Shown here: positions 1 through 8,350 of the stretch, piece after piece
Layout: each line of letters starts with the position of its first letter
How positions within the stretch are numbered: the first letter of the stretch is position 1
Assembly (NCBI GenBank): GCA_964437545.1
Contig: CAYTHH010000001.1
Location: 118,036 to 152,377, forward strand
Origin: an uncultured Candidatus Saccharibacteria bacterium
GTDB lineage: Bacteria > Patescibacteriota > Minisyncoccia > Minisyncoccales > GWA2-46-15
Length of the DNA: 34,342 nucleotides
Direction: 5' to 3'
Notes under the pieces: model-generated
Databases searched by the model: none
Told to the model about the DNA's origin: nothing
What the model saw: the letters and a program-made list of their open reading frames with translations, nothing else
Made by a program: the position numbers and the translations under genes

Positions 1-247
1 TCGTTATTTTTGGGTCAGAAATATTTCTAATTAGTTTTAAAATCACAATGCTTGTAAATTATAATAAAGATTCCCATATTAAAAGAATATTATAATTTAC
101 TTTAACTAAAAAACTGGCTTGAGTCAAACTAGACATACTTATATTAAAACCTGGCAGAGAACCGTCCTCCGTTAGTTCGAGATACACAATCCGCTATATA
201 ACTTTGTTGTAATAATGATAATGGAGTGATACTATTAATAATATAAA

Positions 248-783
248 ATGTTTTCTTTTTATTTTTTAATTCTATTTTTAATATTTCTGGTTATTCTAAA
301 TTTAGTACTCCTTGGCGGTTTTTTGAGGCCCCTTGGTTTCCTACGAAAAAAAAGGACTTCGATAGAATAGCAAAATTGGCAGAACTGCGACCGGGCATGT
401 TATTTTATGACTTAGGCAGTGGAAGTGGCAAAATATTATTTTATTTATCAAAAAAATATAATATAACGTGTGTCGGAATAGAACTTTCGCCGCTCCTGTA
501 TTTATATTCAAAATTTAAATCACTATTTTTTAAGAGAGTAAAAATTAAATATGGTAACTTTTTTCAATATGATTTGTCAAAAGCAGATGTGATTTATATT
601 TTTCTATTACCGAAAAATTACGATAAACTAAGAAAGAAATTAAATTCAGAATTAAAAGAAGGAACAAAAATAATATTATCTTGCTGGCCCTTTGAGAATC
701 GCAAGCCGAATACAATAGAGAAAAAAGAAAATGCAATTACTTATTATTTATATATTGTGCAAAAACAAAAGAACTGTCTATAA
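248..783 (+). pseudogene. Class I SAM-dependent methyltransferase with N-terminal TM helix, split by a -1 frameshift near T6 319-324
   Basis: ORF 376-783 has motif I (YDLGSGSG), VGIE and VIYIFLLP. Its frame extends upstream as EAPWFPTKKKDFDRI without an ATG; ATG 248 in another frame encodes a TM helix (MFSFYFLILFLIFLVILNLVLLGG). Confidence 0.75.
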
Positions 784-800
784 AAGACAGTTCTTTTGTT
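764..800. terminator. Bidirectional intrinsic terminator
   Basis: Perfect 16-bp inverted repeat AACAAAAGAACTGTCT / AGACAGTTCTTTTGTT, 5-nt loop, between convergent genes. Confidence 0.8.
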
Positions 801-810
801 CACAAAGGGA

Positions 811-1008
811 TTAACCCTCCTCGCCATGGGTTTCTTCCCAATAGGCCCTTCCATCTTCATAACCTGCATCATAACCGTCTTCGTATTCCTGTTATAGTTC
901 GGTGTTCAAAAGAACATCAAGCAAAGAATGTATTAATGAAGATAGTTCTCCTGCAGCGCCATCGGCGTAGCCTTTGTCATATCCCTGTTGGTAGTAGCTG
1001 TCAGCCAT
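811..1008 (-). pseudogene. Small acidic GYxxGYxDG-repeat protein (65 codons) interrupted by in-frame TAA at 892-894
   Basis: Manual translation MADSYYQQGYDKGYADGAAGELSSLIHSLLDVLLNTEL*QEYEDGYDAGYEDGRAYWEETHGEEG*; strong SD AAAGGAGGTGA upstream; not in ORF track. Confidence 0.7.
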
Positions 1009-1074
1009 CTTTTTTTCACCTCCTTTCAAGGTGGATTTTTAAAAGCCCAAAAATTTGAGTGTACTTTTATTCAT

Positions 1075-1102
1075 ACTATATCCTTTCCTTTATTTTTGTC
1101 AA
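1075..1102 (-). promoter_or_regulatory. Sigma70-type promoter for the small GYxxG ORF
   Basis: TTGACA (1097-1102), 16 nt spacer, TATAGT (1075-1080). Confidence 0.55.
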
Positions 1103-1162
1103 TAGTCTGTATTGAAATTTAATAAGAATAATTGGATCCATTAAAAAAGGGTTGAGTCAAAC

Positions 1163-1191
1163 TTGGCAAAAACCTAAATTTAACCTAAAAT
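1163..1191 (+). promoter_or_regulatory. Sigma70-type promoter, near-leaderless, for the PEGA gene
   Basis: TTGGCA-N17-TAAAAT, 8 nt before ATG 1200. Confidence 0.5.
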
Positions 1192-1199
1192 AACATATT

Positions 1200-2606
1200 A
1201 TGACTAAGAGGAAAAGAAAAGTTTTATTCTTTGCTTGTTTGATCAGCTTTCTGGTTATCGCCCCGGTTATTGTATTATACAGCCAGGGCTATCGCCTTGA
1301 TCCTAGAAACCGGACCCTTACTAAGACCGGGGCTTTTTATATTAAAGCCTCTCCCAAGAACTGCGATGTTTTTATCGACGGTAAGCTAGTAAGTAAAACT
1401 GACTTTCTCTTTGGCACCGACTTAATCGAAAATCTCATCCCCGGCACTTATTTAATGGAAGTAGGAAAACCCGGCTACATTACTTGGCAAAAGAACCTTA
1501 AAGTCAAGATAATGATGACTACCGAAGCCAAAAACATTATCCTTTTTCCTCAAAACCTTGCCCTGCAAGCTAATACCAGTAACGTTAATAGGATCTTCCC
1601 GTCTCCGTCTAATAAAAAACTTGTTCTTGAAAAAAAGGATTCTCAGGGCTGGTACTTGACCTCTTTTGATTTCAAAAACAGCCTTGAAGAAGTTTTGATT
1701 TTAGAAAAAGATTTTGATAGCCAATATTCAGACAGTTATAAGGAAAAAGCAGGTTCAGTTCTGCGAGATCTGATCTGGTCAGTTGACTCGAAAAAAGCTA
1801 TTGCTAAGATTTTAATCAACGAAACTGAAAAATTTTTCTTAGTTGAAATTGAAAATAAAGTCAGTCCCATTTCTCTTGATTCCCTGGGCAATTTTGAAAA
1901 AATATCTTTTCAGGCTAACGACAGTTCCAAATTCTTAATTTTAAAAAACAGTGTTTTGTATTCTGGAGACTTCGCCACTTTAAAAACCACTAAGTTAATT
2001 GATAAAGTAATCGACTTCACTGTTGCCGAGAATAAGCTTTACTACCTTGATGCCAGCGGCTTTGTAATCGAAATTAATGATCCAACAGGATTCTCTGGCC
2101 GAAAGTTTTCGGAAACTCCCTTAACCATTATGCCTGAAACTTTTTATGAACTAAAAGTTGATCGCCGCCATGTCTTTTTAAAACAAGAGGGGCAGCTTTT
2201 TTGGTTTAATCAGCAAGAAGATGCTTTTGTAGAAATTGCTAAAGACGCTACCGATCTGGCTGTTTCCCAAGACAATGGCAAGCTTGTTTATCTTAACAAC
2301 ACTGAAATCAGTATTTACTTCTTTAAAGAAAAGATTGAAGAGATTGAAGAGTGCGAGCCAGATCAAAACATGCTTTTGGCTAGATTCTCTGAAAAAATAG
2401 GCCAAGTCTTCTGGCTCAATAATGATTATTTGCTTTTTACTGTCGGTAATAAATTAAAGGTGGCGGAAATAGACAACCGCGATCAGGCCAATATTATTGA
2501 TCTAGTTGAAATAAGTGATCCTCAAATATATTTTAATAGAGATAATAAAAAGGCCTTAGTATTAAGCCAAGGCAATCTATTGACTTCAGATCAGGTTTTG
2601 CCCTAA
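1200..2606 (+). CDS. Membrane-anchored PEGA-domain protein with C-terminal beta-propeller-like region
   Basis: N-terminal TM, then YSQGYR...KTGAFYIKASPKNCDVFIDG...LIPGTY..V.KPGY..W.K (PEGA pattern common in CPR); beta-rich repeats after. Confidence 0.8.
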   Translation: MTKRKRKVLFFACLISFLVIAPVIVLYSQGYRLDPRNRTLTKTGAFYIKASPKNCDVFIDGKLVSKTDFLFGTDLIENLIPGTYLMEVGKPGYITWQKNLKVKIMMTTEAKNIILFPQNLALQANTSNVNRIFPSPSNKKLVLEKKDSQGWYLTSFDFKNSLEEVLILEKDFDSQYSDSYKEKAGSVLRDLIWSVDSKKAIAKILINETEKFFLVEIENKVSPISLDSLGNFEKISFQANDSSKFLILKNSVLYSGDFATLKTTKLIDKVIDFTVAENKLYYLDASGFVIEINDPTGFSGRKFSETPLTIMPETFYELKVDRRHVFLKQEGQLFWFNQQEDAFVEIAKDATDLAVSQDNGKLVYLNNTEISIYFFKEKIEEIEECEPDQNMLLARFSEKIGQVFWLNNDYLLFTVGNKLKVAEIDNRDQANIIDLVEISDPQIYFNRDNKKALVLSQGNLLTSDQVLP

Positions 2607-3298
2607 AGCAGAGTTGGCTGAACCGCAAGCTTCTTTTTAAATTCCTTCCAATTCATCTCCTGAGCGGTTGCCAGTTTGCAAATTTCTCTGAATTGGCAGA
2701 ATTGGCATTCCTTGTCCCTAGGATAAGCGGTCAATCTCTTTGGAATAACATTGGCATCAATCTTAGTCCTTAATGATTCCAAATCTCTTAAAAGCTTGTT
2801 AGCTAGAATCCGATCATAAAGAACAATAAATTCTTTTAATTCCTGAGTATCTTTATTTACATAGAGCAGAATTCCTTTCTTGATTCCGAAGAAGTGCAGA
2901 TAAAGCTGGAGCTGAAAAACATTGTCTGGTTTTGGCTGAGATAAGTTCTTGAATAAAAAGCTGTTTATGCTTTTAATATCTAAGACATAAAGCTCGTTTT
3001 CCCAGCTTAAAATCGCATCAGCCCGTCCTGAAATAATTTTCTGAGCTGGAATACTTATCTCTGAAGACCTAACAATTCCTAAGCTGAAAAGCGTGTTTAA
3101 GATAAGGCGGTGAATATAGTCGCCATGGTCAAACATTCTTAAGATTCTGGCCTCCATTTCTTTTTTAGGAGCATTCTTAAATTTAAAAAAAATTGACCGG
3201 GGACACTTGCCACCGTCAGTAATATAAAAGCGGGTTCTGGCTCTTTCTTTTGATCTTTCCCGGTCTAGATAGAACTTGTCAATTAATTCTTTAAGCAT
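2603..3298 (-). CDS. Solo Cas4-like PD-(D/E)XK nuclease with Fe-S cluster cysteines
   Basis: N-terminal GKCPR, GDYIH, ISGRADA, VLDIKS, QLQLY and C-terminal CQFCQFREIC; likely start ATG 3298 (MLKELID). Confidence 0.8.
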   Translation of the reverse strand: MLKELIDKFYLDRERSKERARTRFYITDGGKCPRSIFFKFKNAPKKEMEARILRMFDHGDYIHRLILNTLFSLGIVRSSEISIPAQKIISGRADAILSWENELYVLDIKSINSFLFKNLSQPKPDNVFQLQLYLHFFGIKKGILLYVNKDTQELKEFIVLYDRILANKLLRDLESLRTKIDANVIPKRLTAYPRDKECQFCQFREICKLATAQEMNWKEFKKKLAVQPTLL

Positions 3299-3317
3299 AA
3301 GAACATTTAAAAAATGG

Positions 3318-3452
3318 AGCAGTAATGTTTTCAAAGCAGCTTTCGGAGCCTCGCCAGTATGGTTCCCATTTTTAACGGGATGGCGAGGCGAGAACGCAGA
3401 CCATAAAATCTCGCTGGGATTTTAATGGTTGGTGCTTTGAAACTTTACTGCT
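3318..3452. mobile_element. 135-bp multi-stem element with ~20-bp terminal inverted repeats (MITE-like or structured RNA)
   Basis: AGCAGTAATGTTTTCAAAGCA ... TGCTTTGAAACTTTACTGCT; inner hairpins 3348-3389 and 3400-3429. Confidence 0.6.
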
Positions 3453-3463
3453 AAATAAAAGAA

Positions 3464-3531
3464 AATATAAAAGCGGGTTCTGGCTCTTTCTTTTGATCTT
3501 TCCCGGTCTAGATCATTAATTCTTTAAGCAT
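3464..3531 (-). repeat. Duplicated, frameshifted copy of the 5' end of the cas4-like gene
   Basis: 3464-3513 identical to 3221-3270 (50 bp); 3515-3531 identical to 3282-3298; net 10-bp deletion between. Confidence 0.92.
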
Positions 3532-3537
3532 TTAGCT

Positions 3538-3714
3538 TTAAGGAACGGGCAAATAGATTTTAAGAACAATTAAAAGACCGGCTAGAATGAAAACAGCAAT
3601 AATGGCGCTAATGCCAAATTCGTTGTCGCCGCAATGACCGCCCATTTTACAAAACAAGAAACCTAAAAATAAGCAGACAAAGAAGCCGATGATGACAAAA
3701 ATGGGACCAAACAT
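3538..3714 (-). CDS. Small two-TM membrane protein (58 aa), not in ORF track
   Basis: MFGPIFVIIGFFVCLFLGFLFCKMGGHCGDNEFGISAIIAVFILAGLLIVLKIYLPVP*; fills the gap downstream of rpsI. Confidence 0.65.
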   Translation of the reverse strand: MFGPIFVIIGFFVCLFLGFLFCKMGGHCGDNEFGISAIIAVFILAGLLIVLKIYLPVP

Positions 3715-3720
3715 AATTAT

Positions 3721-3830
3721 TACTACGAAATACGAATTTTTACTAATATACTAATTTACGAAGTACGAATTTACAATTTCGGCTACGGATAAATTATTTG
3801 TATATTCGTACTGATTCATAATTGGTAGAA
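3721..3830. repeat. TACGAAT/TACTAAT heptamer palindromic element (inverted relative to the 6031 copy)
   Basis: 3724-3774 resembles the reverse complement of 6046-6094. Confidence 0.7.
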
Positions 3831-3831
3831 A

Positions 3832-4305
3832 TTATCGTTTTTTCCACTGAGGTGCTCGCCTAGCTCTTTTTAGGCCAAACTTCTTCCTCTCTCTCATTCT
3901 CGGATCCCGGGTTAAATAGCCTAATTTTCTCAATTTTTTTAGGTTTTTAGGGTCAATTTTAACAAAAGCTCGACTGATTCCTAATCTAATCGCTTCGGCC
4001 TGAGCAACAATACCGCCCCCGGAAACCTTAACCTCAACAGCTAAACTAGTCTCCATCCTCATTTTAATTAAGCTGGATTCAGCCATACGCTGAAGTGAAG
4101 GATTGGTAAAATATTCTTTGAAGTCTTTTTTATTAACGACAAACTTAGCCTCGAGCCCCGGATAAAGTCTGACTCTGGCAACAGCTGTCTTTCTTCGCCC
4201 AACGCCTTCAAAGAATTTATTAACAGCAGCAGGCTTTTTAATAGTTGGCTTTTTCTTGGCCGCTGGTTTTTTTGCTTTTGTTTTTGGTTTTGCTTTTACG
4301 ATCAT
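3832..4305 (-). CDS. rpsI: 30S ribosomal protein S9
   Basis: GRRKTAVARV, LTRDPRMRERKKFGLKRARRAPQW; Lys-rich N-extension. Confidence 0.98.
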   Translation of the reverse strand: MIVKAKPKTKAKKPAAKKKPTIKKPAAVNKFFEGVGRRKTAVARVRLYPGLEAKFVVNKKDFKEYFTNPSLQRMAESSLIKMRMETSLAVEVKVSGGGIVAQAEAIRLGISRAFVKIDPKNLKKLRKLGYLTRDPRMRERKKFGLKRARRAPQWKKR

Positions 4306-4348
4306 TTTATCCCTTTAATTAAATATATCTGTGAATTCAGTAGAATTC

Positions 4349-4699
4349 TCATTTCTTAAACTTTAAGTTCTTAATCAAGCTGTCGCTTAGTTTATTGTGA
4401 GGCAACATGCCCTTAACTGCTCTTTGTAAAACTTTTTCAGGACTAATCTCAAATACCTTTTTTAAAGGCGTATGTTTTTCACCCTTAGGAAAGCCTGAAT
4501 GGGAAAAATAAGTCCTGGCTTCTTTTTTCTTTCCGGTAAAAGCTACTTGATTAACATTCTCAACAACAACAATATCTAGTCCGCCTTTATATGGGACAAA
4601 ATCAGCTCTTTGCTTGCCTCGCAAAAGAACAGCTATTTTAGAAGCCAATCTTCCCAAGGGAATGCCGCTAGCGTCAAGATTATGAATTCTTTTTTGCAT
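4349..4699 (-). CDS. rplM: 50S ribosomal protein L13
   Basis: LGRLASKIAVLLRGK, HSGFP, AVKGMLP. Confidence 0.97.
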   Translation of the reverse strand: MQKRIHNLDASGIPLGRLASKIAVLLRGKQRADFVPYKGGLDIVVVENVNQVAFTGKKKEARTYFSHSGFPKGEKHTPLKKVFEISPEKVLQRAVKGMLPHNKLSDSLIKNLKFKK

Positions 4700-5054
4700 C
4701 TGATTCTTTTACTAATTCTAATATAACCATTTGGCTGCTGTCAGAAAAACGCGGCCCAAGTTTAATAATTCTAGTATAGCCGCCTTTCCTATTCAAATAC
4801 CTGGGTCCAAGTTCTTTAAAAAGCTTGGTAGCGGCTTTTTCAGAAACTGCGCTTCGTAAAATTCTTCTTGAACTGAGATCTTGTTTTTTAGCCCTGGTAA
4901 TCAGTTTATCAATAAAAGGAGTTACTTCTTTGGCCTTAGCTTTAGTAGTCTTGACTCTTTCTTTAAGAACCACATTGCCAGCTAAAATCTTCAGCAAGGC
5001 ATTACGCTGATCTTTTTTTCGTGACAATTGGCGGCCTTTTCCCTGTTTATTCAT
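4680..5054 (-). CDS. rplQ: 50S ribosomal protein L17
   Basis: TTKAKAKE, RKGGYTRIIKLG. Confidence 0.97.
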   Translation of the reverse strand: MNKQGKGRQLSRKKDQRNALLKILAGNVVLKERVKTTKAKAKEVTPFIDKLITRAKKQDLSSRRILRSAVSEKAATKLFKELGPRYLNRKGGYTRIIKLGPRFSDSSQMVILELVKESDAKKNS

Positions 5055-5114
5055 TTTACTCCTTTAAAAAATTTAATATGTCTGTAGATTCTTTCAGAAT
5101 CTACATTTAAAAAT

Positions 5115-6020
5115 TTACTTTTTCTTTTTCTTTTTCTTTACTGCTGATTTCTTTTTTGCTACAGTCTTCTTGGCTTTTTTGGGTTTGGCCACTTTCTTTT
5201 TCTTAGGTTTCTCTATATCTTCTAGAAGGCTTTGGTTTATCAATAAAAAATGGTCAAGCAAGATCTGAGAAGCCTGAGAGACTGCTGCTTGAGGAGAAAT
5301 AGTCCCGTCAGTTTTAACTTCTAAAATCAATTTGTCAAAATCAGTTCTTTCTCCCACTCTCATATTTTCAACCTGATAGCCAACTTTTCTAACCGGAGTG
5401 TAAATGGCATCAATCAGGATTTCGCCTATCCCAAGTTTACCCCTTTTCCGATCTTCTCTAGCCACATAGCCAATGCCTTTTTCAACCTCAATTTCTATTT
5501 CCAGGTCAGCTTTTTTATCTGTTAAAGAAGCAATATGCTCATCTTTATTGGCCAATTCTAGTTGGGACGGCAATTGAAAGTCCTTTCCTTTTACTTCCTT
5601 TTCACCCTTAACCTTTAAAACTGCCTGCTGAGATTCATCCGCAAAAACCTTGAACCTTAACTTCTTTAAATTAAGCATGATCTGAATGACATCTTCAAAG
5701 ACTCCGGGGATAGTTGAAAACTCATGGGACACTCCCTTGATTTTCATCTTAGTAACAGCAGCTCCGGGCAAAGAAGATAATAATACCCTTCTCAGGCTAT
5801 TACCGACAGTAACTCCATATCCAGGATAAAGAGATTCTATTTCAAAAACAGCTTGATTTTTTGCTTCAGAAATAACCTTTGGCTTTGAAAATGAAACTTC
5901 CCGCAGCAAGCTGCGAGATATTTTCTCTCCCAAGGAAGATTTATTTTTACTTGATTGTTGCCCTTCATCCCCGCCCGTCTGGGCGGAGTATTTGGGTAAC
6001 TTTGGAGATAAAGGAATCAT
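5115..6020 (-). CDS. rpoA: RNA polymerase alpha subunit (N-terminal insertion, no alpha-CTD)
   Basis: GYGVTVGNSLRRVLLSSLPG, HEFSTIPGV.ED, DAIYTPV; ends in Lys-rich tail. Confidence 0.96.
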   Translation of the reverse strand: MIPLSPKLPKYSAQTGGDEGQQSSKNKSSLGEKISRSLLREVSFSKPKVISEAKNQAVFEIESLYPGYGVTVGNSLRRVLLSSLPGAAVTKMKIKGVSHEFSTIPGVFEDVIQIMLNLKKLRFKVFADESQQAVLKVKGEKEVKGKDFQLPSQLELANKDEHIASLTDKKADLEIEIEVEKGIGYVAREDRKRGKLGIGEILIDAIYTPVRKVGYQVENMRVGERTDFDKLILEVKTDGTISPQAAVSQASQILLDHFLLINQSLLEDIEKPKKKKVAKPKKAKKTVAKKKSAVKKKKKKK

Positions 6021-6030
6021 TTTTTTATTT

Positions 6031-6094
6031 CCTACTAATTACGAATAAATTCGTACTTTGTAGATTAGTATATTAATAAAAATTAGTAATTCGT
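6031..6094. repeat. TACGAAT/TACTAAT heptamer palindromic element
   Basis: Ends CCTACTAATTACGAAT ... ATTAGTAATTCGT shared with the 7644 and 22929 copies. Confidence 0.8.
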
Positions 6095-6099
6095 GTGGT

Positions 6100-6744
6100 T
6101 TACCTGGAATAAAATTCAAAGATTGAGGCAATTTCAGCTGGCAAAGTATCAATGCCGACTATCGGATCAGAAATTATCTTGGCCTCCAGAGTTTCTGGAT
6201 TTACTTCCAACCACTCGGGCGCTTTCTGTTTTTTTAAAGAAGTTTTAAGATTCAAGAATATTTTTTTCTTTAGCTTCTCTTCCCTAACCTTAATAATGTC
6301 ATTTATTTTAACCCGGTAAGAAGGAATATCAACATAATGGTCGTTAACCTTAAAATAGCCATGAGAAACCAATTGTTTAGCCAAGGCCCTTGAATTAACC
6401 AAGCCAATCCTAAAAATCACGTTATCCAGCCTTGATTCAAGACACTTAACTAAAAGAATGGTAGCGTCTTCAGCCCCTTCTTTCCTTTTTCTAGACTTTT
6501 CCAGAATCTCCTTAACATATCTTTTAAATTGTTTTTCTCCCAGGCCATACCAAAATTTCAACTTTTGTTTTTCTTTCAACTCTTTAGCATACTGGGATGG
6601 AGCCCTCTTTCTTCTTTTGCCCTTTAGGCCTGGCGCATAAGGCCTCTTAACCATAGCGCATTTCGCCGAAAAACAGCGCTCACCTCTTAAGAAGAGCTTT
6701 GCTCCTTGACGCCGACAAACCTTACATTTTGCGTCTAATGGCAT
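6100..6744 (-). CDS. rpsD: 30S ribosomal protein S4 (zinc-binding type)
   Basis: CKVCRR..KLFLRGERC...KC, ESRLDNV, QLVSHG. Confidence 0.98.
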   Translation of the reverse strand: MPLDAKCKVCRRQGAKLFLRGERCFSAKCAMVKRPYAPGLKGKRRKRAPSQYAKELKEKQKLKFWYGLGEKQFKRYVKEILEKSRKRKEGAEDATILLVKCLESRLDNVIFRIGLVNSRALAKQLVSHGYFKVNDHYVDIPSYRVKINDIIKVREEKLKKKIFLNLKTSLKKQKAPEWLEVNPETLEAKIISDPIVGIDTLPAEIASIFEFYSR

Positions 6745-6757
6745 TCTTTTAGAATAA

Positions 6758-7207
6758 TTAAACCCTTCTTATTTTTTTAGGACGGCAACCATTATGCGGC
6801 ACCGGAGTGACATCTTTGATTGACAAGAGCTCTAACCCCCGACCAGCCAGAGACCTTAGAGCCGATTCCCTACCCGACCCGATACCTTTAATGCTTACCC
6901 AAACCTTTATTACTCCGATTTTCTTGGCCCGATCAGCCAAAGCTTCAGCTACCTTGGAAGCGGCAAATGGAGTTGATTTCTTGGTACCTTTAAAGCCAAC
7001 ATTACCGGCTGAAACTCCGGTTAAAACATTACCGTTCAAATCAGTCAGAGTAATAATTGTATTGTTATAGCTTGAGCTAATGTAAATCCTGCCTTCGTCA
7101 ATGCCAAGACTAGCTTTTTTAGCAACGCTGGCTTCTTGTTTTTTAGTATCTGCCAGGCCGGAGGCCAAGCTTGGTTCTATCTTAGCAATGATTCTTTTTT
7201 TACCCAT
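6758..7207 (-). CDS. rpsK: 30S ribosomal protein S11
   Basis: NNTIITLTD, KKSTPFAA, DVTPVPHNGCRP. Confidence 0.98.
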   Translation of the reverse strand: MGKKRIIAKIEPSLASGLADTKKQEASVAKKASLGIDEGRIYISSSYNNTIITLTDLNGNVLTGVSAGNVGFKGTKKSTPFAASKVAEALADRAKKIGVIKVWVSIKGIGSGRESALRSLAGRGLELLSIKDVTPVPHNGCRPKKIRRV

Positions 7208-7246
7208 GTTTTTGTTTTACCTCGTCCTAGCGAGGCTAAAATTTTT

Positions 7247-7636
7247 TTATGTTGCCTGGGCAGCCGGCTTTCTTCCTGAACCGACAGTCTTTCTGACATT
7301 TCCCCTAACTGTCCTGGTATTGGTTTTAGTCCGCTGACCCCTAACTGGAAGCTTTTTGGCATGTCTAATACCTCGCCAAGCGCCAATATCTTTTAATCTT
7401 TTAATATTAAGCATGATTTGACGCCTCAAATCTCCTTCGGTCTTGTGCTTTTTCTCAATTATTTCTTTAAGGCGGCTGACTTCCTCAGCAGTCAGGTCGC
7501 CAGCATTCTTATTAAAAGGAATGTTAGTCAGTTTTAAAATTTTGTGACTCAAAGACCGACCAATACCATAAATGTAGGTTAAAGAAACATCGATATGTTT
7601 TTTTTCTGGAATGTTGATTCCGACAATACGTGGCAT
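7247..7636 (-). CDS. rpsM: 30S ribosomal protein S13
   Basis: LTYIYGIG, LPVRGQRTKTN. Confidence 0.98.
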   Translation of the reverse strand: MPRIVGINIPEKKHIDVSLTYIYGIGRSLSHKILKLTNIPFNKNAGDLTAEEVSRLKEIIEKKHKTEGDLRRQIMLNIKRLKDIGAWRGIRHAKKLPVRGQRTKTNTRTVRGNVRKTVGSGRKPAAQAT

Positions 7637-7643
7637 AAATTAT

Positions 7644-7750
7644 CCTAGCAATTACGAATCAATACGAATATACCAATAGATTTTTTAGGTAAATTCGTGT
7701 AAATTCATGTTTTGTAGATTAGTATATTCGTAAAAAATTAGTAATTCGTA
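7644..7750. repeat. TACGAAT/TACTAAT heptamer palindromic element
   Basis: Shares 23 identical bp (CGAATATACCAATAGATTTTTTA) with 22949-22971 and TTTGTAGATTAGTATATT with 6057-6074. Confidence 0.8.
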
Positions 7751-7754
7751 AAAG

Positions 7755-7868
7755 TTATCCTTGTCTCATTTTATGTTTTGGATTGGTGCAAATTAAATAG
7801 ACACGCCCTTTTCTGCGGACAATCTTACAATGATTGCATATTTTCTTTACCGACGGTCTAATTTTCAT
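7755..7868 (-). CDS. rpmJ: 50S ribosomal protein L36 (zinc-ribbon type), not in ORF track
   Basis: [37 protein letters not shown]. Confidence 0.97.
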   Translation of the reverse strand: MKIRPSVKKICNHCKIVRRKGRVYLICTNPKHKMRQG

Positions 7869-8006
7869 TTATTCTTTAATTAAGATATGTCTGTAATATT
7901 TTACTAGCAAGTTTATAATAACGGGCAAAATGCCCGATATATCTAATCCTATTCGCTATAACAAACCCCCGTTGCCAAGATCCGGGGTCAATTCCAGGCA
8001 TTTAAA

Positions 8007-8249
8007 TTAAGTTTGAGGCGAAGGTCTAAAAGTTGACTCACGATAAACAATTCTACCTCTTTTATCGTCATAGGGACTCATCTCGACTTGAACCTGATCA
8101 CCGGCTAAAATCTTAATGCGATGAATTCTTAATTTACCGGAAATATAAGCAATAATCTCCGAGTCATCTTCAAGTTTTACTCTAAAGGTAGCGCTTGGTA
8201 AAGCTTCTAAAACAATGCCCTTCTTTCGTATTCCTTTGTTTTGATTCAT
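8007..8249 (-). CDS. infA: Translation initiation factor IF-1
   Basis: [32 protein letters not shown]. Confidence 0.97.
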   Translation of the reverse strand: MNQNKGIRKKGIVLEALPSATFRVKLEDDSEIIAYISGKLRIHRIKILAGDQVQVEMSPYDDKRGRIVYRESTFRPSPQT

Positions 8250-8317
8250 TAATAATTACGATTAACTCCTCTGGGGAATGCTTTGCTGTCTAATCAGCGA
8301 TATGATATATCTGTTAT

Positions 8318-8346
8318 AATATAACAAAAAACTTGATTTTGGTCAA
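8318..8346 (-). promoter_or_regulatory. Promoter for the infA-alpha operon
   Basis: TTGACC-N17-TATATT with extended TG. Confidence 0.6.
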
Positions 8347-8350
8347 CTCC

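Noticed and set aside
27-77. 16-codon minus-strand ORF behind a promoter-like TTGACT-N17-TAAAGT
   Set aside because: Too short and unsupported; the promoter probably serves a gene left of the window.
811-1008. Stop-codon reassignment (code 25)
   Set aside because: The internal stop is TAA, and TGA terminates rplM, tuf, rpsG and others normally.
3318-3452. tRNA or SRP RNA
   Set aside because: No T-loop/CCA pattern and no SRP domain IV consensus recognised; an Rfam scan is still advisable.
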